From the IMG/VR virus record IMGVR_UViG_3300032270_000270, positions 1 to 64,000 of that record: 64,000 nt of DNA. One strand, given 5' to 3'. Both the position numbers and the translations under genes were made by a program. This DNA is from a virus (taxonomy: Duplodnaviria > Heunggongvirae > Uroviricota > Caudoviricetes). A model generated the notes under the pieces. It did no database searches, was not told where the DNA came from, and saw nothing but the letters and a program-made list of their open reading frames with translations. Below, piece by piece: positions 9,476-18,645 of this stretch; within the stretch, counting starts at the first letter, position 1; each line of letters starts with the position of its first letter.

Positions 9476-12067
9476 TTATTTAGTTTTAGGCTTGGCCTTT
9501 GCTCTTCCTTTTGCGTTCTCTTTAGCAATTGCTAAATCATTCTTTTGGTTGTCTCTATCCACTTGTAATTTTTCTCTTTCAACTTTTAACTTCTCCATGT
9601 CCATTCTGTTTCTACTTTGGATCTCACTAAGTTTACCTTGGTAGTCTTTATTAGCTTTGTTCTGTTCAAGAGCAATTTTGCTAATCTCTAACACATCAGG
9701 AGTTCCACTTTCATCTACATCAGACAATGGACCTGATTTAGATTCAGCTGCAATAAGAGCAATCTCTTTCTTATTTATTCTATCCAATTCATTTTGATAG
9801 TCATCATGAGCTATTTTCTCTTGTTGCATTTGTTGAGCTTGAGCCAATTGAGCTTGAGCTTGTTGTTGTTGTTGTTCAAGTTCTTGTTGCTTTTGTTGCA
9901 TTTGTTGATCCTGCAGTTGTTCTTGTCTTTCCTTAAGAGTCTTGAACACCTTCTTCATTTGTCTAACTGAATTAGTACTATACAATTCAATCACATCATA
10001 TAAGCTACCACCATTTTGTATAACAGCTTGAGACAATCCTCTAATTTCGTTAAACATTTGTTTATCTTCAGGTCTATTAGTCAAGTAAACTTTTAAATCT
10101 CTAAATCTAAGATCTGTACCATTCACTTGTACAAATGCTGATTCACCTTCATTTGTTATATAAGATATAGTTGATTGTGGTTTTTTGCTTTCAACATATA
10201 AAGCTGCATCAATAACAGCTTGATATAACTGACCCATGATATATTCATGAGCTACAAACAAAGGTTCTGTTTGAGAATAAGATTGTGTAATAGCTGCAGT
10301 GGTACCTGTAGCTGATTCACTAGCAGACACAGATCCAAGTCTTTGTCTAGACATACCTATAAGTTCCCAACATTCATTCTTTATTTGTTGTGCTAGAGTA
10401 TATCTTGCTTGGATCTCCTGTGTACGTGTAAGGTCAAGACTTGTAAATTGATTGAAGCTAGATGGACTCTTTAAGTTCTCAGGACTATCATCCACAAATA
10501 CAACACCTCTATTACGTGCTTCCATTTCCCAGATATCTAATGCATCTTGAGCATCACCATCCTTAGGAATAGGAATATGTCTAATAGACATTAATTGCAC
10601 TTTACCTACTTCCTTCTCAAGTAACTTATACAATTGGTTCATACAAACATTGTATATAACTTGGAAAGGTTTCATCATATCTACTAAGCTTTTAGCTTCT
10701 GTATTCTTAACTTCAAATGTTTGACCTATGATTGGACAATAAGGTAATAAGTTATAAGGTTTAATATGATAGATGTCTGGACCAATCTTAATACCTTGGT
10801 ACCATTGGTTAATCCATCCCCATTCTAATGATTCTTGTGTAGGAATAGTTCCTGATTTATAGTTTTCATCTACAAGTAAAGATTGCTCATTACCCATTTC
10901 ATCTGTGTAGATTACTTTACCTATCTTCTTTTTAGAAATCCAATACGCTCTTACTACTACATACTTGTAACCAAATGAAGATACGTTAGATGTAAGTCCT
11001 AAGAAGTCCTTAAGACCATCATTATTCTCTTTCATTTCTGATTCAATAAGCATTCTAGTTTGTAAAACTAATGGATCAAATGTATCATATTGGATAGAGT
11101 CATTACCTGGAACAGCGTTAGGGTTACCTAAGTTAGATTCACGTACATTGATTAATCCATAGTCTTGTAATGAACTACGTAAGTGATCTATTTCATCTTT
11201 AGTTAAGTCAGGAATTGCTTCAATGATTTCAGATAATTCTAACACTTGTACAGTGCCAGCAGCATAAGCTCCTTGTGCACGTCCTGTAGTATCAGATATC
11301 CACTTTCTATCAGGAGTAGTTAAGAACCAAGTGTTCTTAGGATTGGCTACCTCTACATTAAATCCAAGCTTAGAGTTGTCCTCATAGATATGAAAAAACT
11401 CTCTAGCAGATATCAATAAGTCTCTAAATGAATCTTCACCTTTTTCCTTAAGATTAAATTCCATCTTTTGAGCTGTAAGAATATGGTTTGCCCACTTCTC
11501 TGCTGTAGATGTATAACTATCTAACTCATCTTTAACTTCATCTAAAGTCATTTTATCTATCTCCTCATCATCAAGTTCTTCTCCAGACATAGCAGCATCT
11601 TCCATTATTTTCTGCTTAGCCTTATTAACAACATAATCATTCAATATCTGAGTCTTAAATTCTAATTCTTCAGACTTACTATCATCATCAAATGCTTTGA
11701 CACGAAATGCATCAGGTCTTTTACTAATCTCTCCTATTAATTCATTGATAGGAGTTGTCATTATAGAATAATGTTTGACATATGCAGGAAGCTCAAGATC
11801 TGATGTAAGCACATCTGTAAAACTTCTAACTTCTGGTTCTACAAAGAAATCTTCTCTTCTTAAAATACCTTTAACAAGATCATAGTTTTTTACAAATGTA
11901 TCTCTAGCTTTGACATACTCAGCATAAGCTTTGTTTGCAAAGTAGTCCATTGAATTCTTTATCCAGCTTTCATCCATCTTTTCCTTCTCAGTTTTAAACT
12001 GATCAGGGAAGATATTCAGATAAGCATATCTTATTGTTGCGTCTTTCGTGTACCTTATAATTGCCAT
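9476..12067 (-). CDS. portal protein (putative)
   Basis: 863 aa ORF immediately downstream of TerL and overlapping it by 1 nt. Large size and a C-terminal Q-rich coiled coil. The call rests on position and size. Confidence 0.55.
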   Translation of the reverse strand: MAIIRYTKDATIRYAYLNIFPDQFKTEKEKMDESWIKNSMDYFANKAYAEYVKARDTFVKNYDLVKGILRREDFFVEPEVRSFTDVLTSDLELPAYVKHYSIMTTPINELIGEISKRPDAFRVKAFDDDSKSEELEFKTQILNDYVVNKAKQKIMEDAAMSGEELDDEEIDKMTLDEVKDELDSYTSTAEKWANHILTAQKMEFNLKEKGEDSFRDLLISAREFFHIYEDNSKLGFNVEVANPKNTWFLTTPDRKWISDTTGRAQGAYAAGTVQVLELSEIIEAIPDLTKDEIDHLRSSLQDYGLINVRESNLGNPNAVPGNDSIQYDTFDPLVLQTRMLIESEMKENNDGLKDFLGLTSNVSSFGYKYVVVRAYWISKKKIGKVIYTDEMGNEQSLLVDENYKSGTIPTQESLEWGWINQWYQGIKIGPDIYHIKPYNLLPYCPIIGQTFEVKNTEAKSLVDMMKPFQVIYNVCMNQLYKLLEKEVGKVQLMSIRHIPIPKDGDAQDALDIWEMEARNRGVVFVDDSPENLKSPSSFNQFTSLDLTRTQEIQARYTLAQQIKNECWELIGMSRQRLGSVSASESATGTTAAITQSYSQTEPLFVAHEYIMGQLYQAVIDAALYVESKKPQSTISYITNEGESAFVQVNGTDLRFRDLKVYLTNRPEDKQMFNEIRGLSQAVIQNGGSLYDVIELYSTNSVRQMKKVFKTLKERQEQLQDQQMQQKQQELEQQQQQAQAQLAQAQQMQQEKIAHDDYQNELDRINKKEIALIAAESKSGPLSDVDESGTPDVLEISKIALEQNKANKDYQGKLSEIQSRNRMDMEKLKVEREKLQVDRDNQKNDLAIAKENAKGRAKAKPKTK

Positions 12068-14106
12068 TATGAAAACAATTTATTTCGTTTATATTTATTT
12101 TTTGATTGTCCAAACATGTTATTTCTAGAGTCAGTGAAGAGTATGTTTCCTCTCTTCTTCTTAAACATAGAAGCAACTCGTTCATCACTTGTTCCACCTA
12201 TCTTACCCATTATTGGGTCCATCTTTAAAGCTTGTGCTATGGCTAACTCTGCAGCTATGATTCTATCAAAGTTACCTGAATCATTATATTGAATAATCTC
12301 TTCAAGCAATACAGGATCAAATATCTTACTCACACCTAACACTTCTCTAATCACTTCTCCTGCATCATTCTTTTCTACAAAGATTGGAGATTCCATATAC
12401 TTCTTTAAACAAGTGTGAAGATAGTCAATTATCTTCTGACTTGAACGATGAATACCATAATCTCTTTTTACAGTGGTATTTGGTACAATCTCTTTCAACC
12501 AGTCAGGTTGTCTTTCTAAAAAGTGAGCATCTCCTTTAGCTTTCATATATTCAATAAAGGATATATCATCATTCTCACAAAGAGCTCTAGCGTTATAATA
12601 CTTTATAAGAAGTCTAGCTTGTTCTTCCCAAGTTTCTTTCTTATCAGGTCTTGCACAATACGAAGCTACGAACATATCTTGATACTTCTCACCACTAATT
12701 TCATGCATCCTCTTATATATGTATACAGATCCAAGTGAAGTTGAATATGCAGACTTACCTTGTCTATATGGATCGACTCCTGCTACATACAATCCATAAG
12801 GTGGATTATCTATAGGGAATTCATATATAACAATAGGTGCTTCTTTTAAGTCTGAGTTCTTTAGAGGGAAGTTAGAGATGGGTAGTTTATCTGTAAACTC
12901 ATGAGCTATCTTCTCTCCATCATTAAACAATATAACAGGAGTTCCTGTTCTTTCTTGTTGCAATAGTCTAGTCTTCTGTCTCTTAGCACTCTCAATATCA
13001 AATATATTTGTGTCCTCGTTCAAGAAGATATCATCTACTTCTTGAGGATAATACATCTTTTCTTTTAGATAGGCAATACGATCACCAGCTTTCTTAAGTC
13101 TTTCTAAATCTTTATTAGTAATTTCTGTAGCCTTATCTTCATTACTTACAAGCATTTTAACATTGTGTAAGTCTGAACTAGCTGACTCATTTAAATATGT
13201 TCCTAGTGTAGAATCTTCTTTTGCCTCCATTCTATATTTATGGGAGATAAACAACCCATGTATACGTTTGTCATCTTTAGCATTATTATATGTAAGGAAA
13301 TTAAAGTTATCTACGTCAAACATTAAGCTTTTGGCATCCATGAATTTCTTCATGTCCCCACCTGTACCAGTAAGAATGGGACTACATCCCCAGCCATAGG
13401 GTGTAGTGAAGCCAGGTATAGCTGCCTGTAAGCCTCTAAGAAAATTCCCTTTACCAATCTCATCTATAATTAATTTACGTGGTTTTGTACCTGCAATTGC
13501 CTCTTCATTATTACCTTCATCAAGGTTACGTATTAGAATGGAAGAGAATGGGATACGTTCACCAGACTTGGTCTTTATACCTAGAGTCACTTGGTTCTTC
13601 CAGTTATCCTCAATTCTCTGCCACCTCCAATACTCAGGAATGAAATTCAATCCTTTGTCAATCTTATCAGTAATCAGTTTTATATCTGGGGCATTTAAGC
13701 CTGCTATGATATTCTGACTGTTTTCATCAAAGGTTGCACCCCATGCAATATAGGATGCTTCTATAACTGACTTGGCAAAACGTCTAATACCTAGAATGAC
13801 TAAGCCCCTCTTTTCTTGTTGAGCTCTGTCAATTTCGTTCGTCACAAGCCATTCATTATCTCTCAATAGGGGATTGGCATATTTCTGTGCAATCCTCCCA
13901 TAACTATCTATTATATCTACTTCTGTATGCCATATATTAAGGTGCCAGTAAAGGAAAGGGTTAATATATGTACCTCCCATCATAGCTCCATTTAAGCATA
14001 ACTCTCTGTGGAAGTCAAAGAATGGCTTACACTCCTGAGATTCTTTATCAGGAATACGCTTCTGATTTATAAACCAGTCTTTGTAGTCTATACTTTGTAG
14101 TTCCAT
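12067..14106 (-). CDS. terL: terminase large subunit
   Basis: 679 aa. Walker-A-like VILGIRRFAKSV. Walker B KLIIDEIGKG. C-terminal RNaseH-like nuclease motif VAGVDPYRQGKSAYS. Overall T4 gp17-like architecture. Confidence 0.75.
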   Translation of the reverse strand: MELQSIDYKDWFINQKRIPDKESQECKPFFDFHRELCLNGAMMGGTYINPFLYWHLNIWHTEVDIIDSYGRIAQKYANPLLRDNEWLVTNEIDRAQQEKRGLVILGIRRFAKSVIEASYIAWGATFDENSQNIIAGLNAPDIKLITDKIDKGLNFIPEYWRWQRIEDNWKNQVTLGIKTKSGERIPFSSILIRNLDEGNNEEAIAGTKPRKLIIDEIGKGNFLRGLQAAIPGFTTPYGWGCSPILTGTGGDMKKFMDAKSLMFDVDNFNFLTYNNAKDDKRIHGLFISHKYRMEAKEDSTLGTYLNESASSDLHNVKMLVSNEDKATEITNKDLERLKKAGDRIAYLKEKMYYPQEVDDIFLNEDTNIFDIESAKRQKTRLLQQERTGTPVILFNDGEKIAHEFTDKLPISNFPLKNSDLKEAPIVIYEFPIDNPPYGLYVAGVDPYRQGKSAYSTSLGSVYIYKRMHEISGEKYQDMFVASYCARPDKKETWEEQARLLIKYYNARALCENDDISFIEYMKAKGDAHFLERQPDWLKEIVPNTTVKRDYGIHRSSQKIIDYLHTCLKKYMESPIFVEKNDAGEVIREVLGVSKIFDPVLLEEIIQYNDSGNFDRIIAAELAIAQALKMDPIMGKIGGTSDERVASMFKKKRGNILFTDSRNNMFGQSKNKYKRNKLFS

Positions 14107-14468
14107 TATTTTCTATTTGCTAAGAACTCAGCAGCAGCTCCTGACAACTCACCTTTACCTCTCACTTCCACCTTAGCTTCTTCCATGTTTCTTAGCTTAT
14201 CTACCACCTCTACCAATGCTAGGTAGTTTTTCATTGTCTCTTGGACAAATTTACCTTGAGCTTCAATAGATGCTATCACCATAGGTAATAGTCCTCCTTT
14301 TGCTGTAGGTTTCCACTCAATCCTATCTTTCAATTCATGTAGTGGGTTAGCATTTACATAAGCTTTCCATGAAACGAGTTGTGACTCAGCCCATTCAAGC
14401 TCTGTATTTACGTATGTAGTTTTTTTAATAGTTGCCATCTTCTTCCTCCTCCTTAAGGATATTATCAA
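14106..14468 (-). CDS. hypothetical protein (120 aa), possible small terminase subunit
   Basis: Immediately upstream of TerL on the same strand. No motif. The small-terminase call is from position only. Confidence 0.3.
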   Translation of the reverse strand: MIISLRRRKKMATIKKTTYVNTELEWAESQLVSWKAYVNANPLHELKDRIEWKPTAKGGLLPMVIASIEAQGKFVQETMKNYLALVEVVDKLRNMEEAKVEVRGKGELSGAAAEFLANRK

Positions 14469-14709
14469 GGTCCATGCCCTCTTTAATTATTTTTTCAAGT
14501 TCAGAGTCATCTGTGTGTGGAACATCCATTTCAATCTCGCTCTTATATTTGCTTAGAGCAAATGCAAGTTCTTTATCTGTTATTCCCCAAATATCACCAT
14601 AATCTGCAAGAGCTGTAGCTAGATGTCTTCCAATGTTATATGTTGGAAAGTCACTATGTAGTTCTTGTAGTATATTAATGACTTCTGTATAGTGAGTCTT
14701 TTTACTCAT
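14425..14709 (-). CDS. hypothetical protein (94 aa), acidic C-terminus
   Basis: Co-oriented ORF upstream of the packaging genes. Confidence 0.35.
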   Translation of the reverse strand: MSKKTHYTEVINILQELHSDFPTYNIGRHLATALADYGDIWGITDKELAFALSKYKSEIEMDVPHTDDSELEKIIKEGMDLDNILKEEEEDGNY

Positions 14710-14714
14710 TAGTT

Positions 14715-14969
14715 TTATATTAATTCATTTAAATCATCATCTGTTAGCTTTGAAGATGTGATCTCTAAGTCAACACCTATTTCTCCAAAGTTTTCTTTTC
14801 CATGTTCTGTCATATAGTCTTTTGTAAAGGCTATACCCATTCTATCAAACTCAACCCCAGGAACTCCAACTATGTCAACATAGTCTATACCCTTATTATA
14901 TAAGTCAACAAGCGTATCAATTAGCCTGTCCAGTGGAATCCTCTCTATTTTCACTTCCCTGTTTTCCAT
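14715..14969 (-). CDS. hypothetical protein (84 aa)
   Basis: Co-oriented ORF. Confidence 0.35.
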   Translation of the reverse strand: MENREVKIERIPLDRLIDTLVDLYNKGIDYVDIVGVPGVEFDRMGIAFTKDYMTEHGKENFGEIGVDLEITSSKLTDDDLNELI

Positions 14970-15264
14970 ATATTGTTTGTATTAATTGATCTTCATCTTC
15001 CTTAGATTCCATTTCTGGTCCCCATTTGTCTATAGGACAGCTACAAGATAAACACTTAGTTTTTGCTGATAGGACACATCCACAATGAGTGCAATGCTTA
15101 TCAAATCTACGAGGCTTCTTAGGTTTGTTCTCAGAACACCATTCGCATTGATCACAAATGGCCATACGTTCCTGGCTCACTTGTCTAATCTGTTCTTTTA
15201 TTTCATCAGCTGGAAAGAGGTTGTTCTTCCACCCCTCGTATATCTGAGAGAAGTTGATCTTCAT
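14917..15264 (-). CDS. Cys-rich zinc-binding protein (115 aa)
   Basis: CDQCEWC...CTHCGC...CLSCSC cysteine clusters. Confidence 0.4.
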   Translation of the reverse strand: MKINFSQIYEGWKNNLFPADEIKEQIRQVSQERMAICDQCEWCSENKPKKPRRFDKHCTHCGCVLSAKTKCLSCSCPIDKWGPEMESKEDEDQLIQTIYGKQGSENREDSTGQAN

Positions 15265-15607
15265 ATATAGTTTTTGTTGTTAGCAAATTGATCAGAGCTT
15301 CTGTTTTCTCTAGTGTCACCTTAGATGAACGTTTCTTTTGTTCAGATGTAGTTTCATCTATTATTATCTTTTCTATTGCCTGCTTCTTAGCATTCAATTG
15401 TCCAAGTCGTTTTACAGCTTTCTTCTCATTGAAATAGAACTTACCAAAGCCAGATATCTCCAGACTATTGTTAAGATCCATTGCCTCATTGGCAGACTGA
15501 AACTGATGGTTCACCACAGCCTCAATCATCTTTTCACTCATCATCATCTTAACTGCAAGGGTCCTAACTAGGAAGTCTTTGACAGACATGCTTATAGGCT
15601 TATCCAT
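15206..15607 (-). CDS. HU/IHF-like DNA-binding protein
   Basis: 133 aa. SVKDFLVRTLAVKMMMSEKMIEAVVNHQFQ...LEISGFGKFYFNEKKA parallels the HU pattern (...VGFGNFEVRERAA). Confidence 0.5.
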   Translation of the reverse strand: MDKPISMSVKDFLVRTLAVKMMMSEKMIEAVVNHQFQSANEAMDLNNSLEISGFGKFYFNEKKAVKRLGQLNAKKQAIEKIIIDETTSEQKKRSSKVTLEKTEALINLLTTKTIYEDQLLSDIRGVEEQPLSS

Positions 15608-15974
15608 GTATTAGACTTATTTGTAATACAATATCCTTGTCGAAGTTGAGCAGAATAAGAGGATTGACCTTCACCTTTGTCCCATCCTTTACAAACACAC
15701 CCATCTTCTTCAGCTTACTAATAATGTTATTGATTGCAGGAGATGTACTGTCGTATTTCTCACAAAACTCCTTACGTATGTTAGCATAGGATATATTACC
15801 CTTCATAGCAGCAAACGCAATAAGCTGTATCTCCCTGTTTGTCAACTTAAGGTCGTTGACAGATGACAAGATCCTATAATACTTCTCAGCCAGGACGTAA
15901 CTGTCCTCCACTGATTTTTTCAGTCGTTGTACAATGGGAGATTTAGGTTTGGTTTCCATAATTAGTTGATACAA
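15600..15974 (-). CDS. hypothetical protein; the true start is probably the ATG at about 15959 (METKPK...)
   Basis: The track start is a TTG that lies inside a TACCTTTG -7-like box. First gene of the minus-strand operon. Confidence 0.4.
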   Translation of the reverse strand: MYQLIMETKPKSPIVQRLKKSVEDSYVLAEKYYRILSSVNDLKLTNREIQLIAFAAMKGNISYANIRKEFCEKYDSTSPAINNIISKLKKMGVFVKDGTKVKVNPLILLNFDKDIVLQISLIHG

Positions 15975-15979
15975 AGGTA
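15972..15979 (-). promoter_or_regulatory. putative -7 box TACCTTTG (Bacteroidota TAnnTTTG type) for the structural operon
   Basis: The minus strand reads TACCTTTG 13 nt upstream of the ATG at 15959. Confidence 0.35.
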
Positions 15980-16037
15980 TGTATATCTTACCTATCTACA
16001 AATAACAATTTTAGTTATTATAAAACTTAATGCTATA

Positions 16038-16283
16038 TTATGCATCAAATCTCCTAAACAGGAAAATAAAGCTAAATAACAACAGTCCTATCCTAAGCTC
16101 TTGTTCTAATCCTCCATCGTCCAACTTGTAGTTTCTATTAGACACTCCTAGTTCAAAACTATTGTAGTCTTTAGGGAGAAACTCTATACCTATCTCATAC
16201 TCCTCAAAGCAGACTAACCCCCATACAATCACTGCCATACTAAGTAATGTCACTATAACCAACAACACATTTACTACTACCAT
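16038..16283 (-). CDS. hypothetical small membrane protein (81 aa)
   Basis: N-terminal hydrophobic helix VVVNVLLVIVTLLSMAVIVWGLV. Sits downstream of a consensus promoter at about 16340-16372. Confidence 0.3.
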   Translation of the reverse strand: MVVVNVLLVIVTLLSMAVIVWGLVCFEEYEIGIEFLPKDYNSFELGVSNRNYKLDDGGLEQELRIGLLLFSFIFLFRRFDA

Positions 16284-16339
16284 ATATCTAAGCTTTGTTT
16301 ACAGGGAGGTATTAACAGGGCCCCCCCTAAATCCCCCCC

Positions 16340-16372
16340 AAAGATACTGCTAAATAAATTTACCAGCCAAAT
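16340..16372 (-). promoter_or_regulatory. consensus Bacteroidota-type promoter, TTTG-N21-TATCTTTG, reading leftward
   Basis: The minus strand reads aaaTTTGgctggtaaatttatttagcagTATCTTTGggggggatttagggggggccc. The -33 TTTG and -7 TAnnTTTG elements are at canonical spacing. Confidence 0.45.
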
Positions 16373-16518
16373 TTATTTTTTCCTATTATCAAAACTTGCA
16401 GGATTTTCTAGTTTTGATACAACAAGAGTTTATAATATTGGTCCATTTTGTTGGGAGCAACAATATGCTATAACATATAATATGTAAACTAATTCCATCA
16501 TTATATGTAAAGACATAT

Positions 16519-16579
16519 CATAATGTGTCATAAAAGCAACATTGTTAAGCTGAGCGTGTCCCTTATAAGACACATTATG
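16519..16579. repeat. 11-bp inverted repeat CATAATGTGTC ... GACACATTATG with a nested GTGTC-N8-GACAC palindrome (operator-like)
   Basis: Read directly at 16519-16529 and 16569-16579; GTGTC at 16556-60 and GACAC at 16569-73. Confidence 0.55.
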
Positions 16580-16710
16580 TAAAGCTATAGATTGACTTTT
16601 GGCAGAATATAATCAAGCTATAACTTGCCAAATCAAGAAGTGAAACACAGCCAAACCCAGAAGTCTTTGTTACCTATATATATAAATCTGTAACAAATAC
16701 CTATATAAAT

Positions 16711-16743
16711 ATGTCACAAATATTTGAAAAACTGTGACACAAT
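16711..16743. repeat. inverted repeat TGTCACA-N15-TGTGACA (operator-like)
   Basis: atgtcacaaatatttgaaaaactgtgacacaat, read directly. Confidence 0.5.
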
Positions 16744-16879
16744 ATGCATGAAACATTTGGAAAAATTCATGCAACGTTCCTTGTGGAACTATCCTGTGCT
16801 TAGGCCCAAAATTTTATATAGCCCCCCATCCCCCTTTGTATGTATAGGAGGAGAGGGTACTACCAATTGCTACCCCACC

Positions 16880-16887
16880 TACATTTG
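16880..16887 (+). promoter_or_regulatory. putative -7 box TACATTTG for the early plus-strand unit
   Basis: TAnnTTTG match about 52 nt upstream of the first early ATG at 16940. No well-spaced -33 TTTG was seen. Confidence 0.3.
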
Positions 16888-16939
16888 GGGAAGTTGGACA
16901 TACCTCCCTACATTCAATCACAATTAAAACAAAACAAAA

Positions 16940-17368
16940 ATGTCAAACACAATTACAGAAAGCAAAATGAGTGTCGAGCAGTTTTTAAACAGCTTGCAGT
17001 ATTCAACAAGTGACAAGAGTAACAATCCTCCTGTTGGAACTTTCCAAGAGTTATTCAAAGACTTCAATGGTCGAATGCACTACACTAAAAAGTTGAAGGA
17101 TGATGGTACTTTGAAGAATGTTAGTGTAATGCTAACACACAAGACTCAATTAGATGCTAAAGGTCAACCATTGACTGTGTTCATCGTTTGTTCCAACAAT
17201 CTGTCTCCATTAGTTCGTCAACACAATCTACAATTAGAACACATTATGAGCTTGCCTGTTTTCAGGGGCGATAATGGTGGTAGTTATGTTGGTGTGGTTG
17301 CTAAACCAATGGAAGATGTTGCTAAAATCAAAGCAACTGTCATTAATTTGGAAGACACTGCAGCTTAA
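16940..17368 (+). CDS. hypothetical early protein (142 aa)
   Basis: First plus-strand ORF after the divergent regulatory region. Followed by a terminator hairpin. Confidence 0.5.
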   Translation: MSNTITESKMSVEQFLNSLQYSTSDKSNNPPVGTFQELFKDFNGRMHYTKKLKDDGTLKNVSVMLTHKTQLDAKGQPLTVFIVCSNNLSPLVRQHNLQLEHIMSLPVFRGDNGGSYVGVVAKPMEDVAKIKATVINLEDTAA

Positions 17369-17374
17369 TGCATT

Positions 17375-17404
17375 AAAGGGGGGCTTCGTGCTCCCCTTTT
17401 TCAT
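17375..17404 (+). terminator. rho-independent terminator
   Basis: AAAGGGG-ggcttcgtgct-CCCCTTT hairpin followed by a T run. Confidence 0.55.
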
Positions 17405-17536
17405 ATAAGGGTGGGAGATCGTGCAACAAACTTTGGTTGGGCATATATAAACAACACACATACGACATTATAACTCATTGATTCTCAACACATTCTGCAT
17501 GAATGTGAGAGATGGTGTGTACTCCATTCCCACTTA

Positions 17537-17557
17537 TTGACACATTTTGACACATTA
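17537..17557. repeat. tandem direct repeat TGACACATT x2; the second copy extends to GACACATTAT, identical to the 16569 copy
   Basis: ttgacacattttgacacattatta, read directly. Confidence 0.5.
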
Positions 17558-17733
17558 TTAATTCACGCTATACAATACAATATATATAGCATTAAATAAC
17601 AATTATATGACTACAGAGATTAAAATAGTAGGTATGATACACATACCAGGAGTTAATGATGAAGCATATGCTACATACATTAATAGTTCTTCTTCTATAG
17701 AGAGTAATAACTTATGGTTTACTCTTCCTTAGT

Positions 17734-17967
17734 ATGATTAGAGCCTGTAATGGGCTCTTTTCTTTTATTAATCAATTAAATAACATTTATATGAGTATTA
17801 AAGAACAAATGCTTCTATCTATTAGAGAACAAGCTATTAATAACCTTGTTGATAAGAAGTTTGATATAACAGATAGATATTCTAATGGACTTATTACTTA
17901 TATAGATTATGAGTATGATTTGTCTGTTATCAATGAAGAGCTTGATAGTTTAACATATGACAATTAA
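17734..17967 (+). CDS. hypothetical protein (77 aa)
   Basis: ORF only. Confidence 0.3.
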   Translation: MIRACNGLFSFINQLNNIYMSIKEQMLLSIREQAINNLVDKKFDITDRYSNGLITYIDYEYDLSVINEELDSLTYDN

Positions 17968-18078
17968 TATGTTATTTATAGAGTGTGGAACAAAATATGG
18001 TTCATCACCTAACACACTCTAACTATCATTTAATGTACCATTTCTATTTCCCATTAAATTATACCTTATCTTTGCACT

Positions 18079-18645
18079 ATGAACATTTATATATACACAC
18101 TCAAACATCCTATTACTAATGATATTAGATATATAGGACAAACCAATGACTTAACAAGGAGATTTAATAAGCACATTACTAACTCAAGAGCCAAGAGAGA
18201 CACTAGGCATATCAGTCATTGGATAAGAAGCTTAGATGCTTTGCCAATAATTGATATAATAGAGACTTGTGACTATTCAATAAGAAATGAGAGAGAAGAG
18301 TATTGGATTAATTATTATAAGGAACAAGGATGTGATTTATGTAATGCTTCTAATGGTGGATCAGGTGCAGGTATTGGTAATAGAAATTGTATAGGTAGAG
18401 CAATGTCTGAAGAGACAAAAGCTAAGATTTCTATAGCTAACAAAGGTAAAGTTCATGGAACTAGTGGTGGAGCACATCCAAAGAAAGTATACCAATACGA
18501 TAAAAACAATAAGCTTATAGCTATTCATAACTCAATAAAAGAAGCAGTAATAGCTTCTGGATTGAATAGATTGACTATAAGAAGAAATATTAAAGGCATT
18601 AGTTCAAGTAAATCATTTATTTGGACTGATAAACCTTTGTACTAA
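18079..18645 (+). CDS. GIY-YIG homing endonuclease with NUMOD-like repeats
   Basis: IYIYTL...IRYIGQT...R...H...EYW..Y...G..L.N, then ETKAKISIANKGK repeats. Confidence 0.7.
   Translation: MNIYIYTLKHPITNDIRYIGQTNDLTRRFNKHITNSRAKRDTRHISHWIRSLDALPIIDIIETCDYSIRNEREEYWINYYKEQGCDLCNASNGGSGAGIGNRNCIGRAMSEETKAKISIANKGKVHGTSGGAHPKKVYQYDKNNKLIAIHNSIKEAVIASGLNRLTIRRNIKGISSSKSFIWTDKPLY

Noticed and set aside
12003-12197. Small minus-strand ORF overlapping the TerL/portal junction, and similar 60-80 aa ORFs embedded in large genes (e.g. 13163..13399, 13406..13717, 39233..39463, 47520..47708)
   Set aside because: They are embedded in well-supported long genes in other frames or on the opposite strand. Nothing supports their independent expression.
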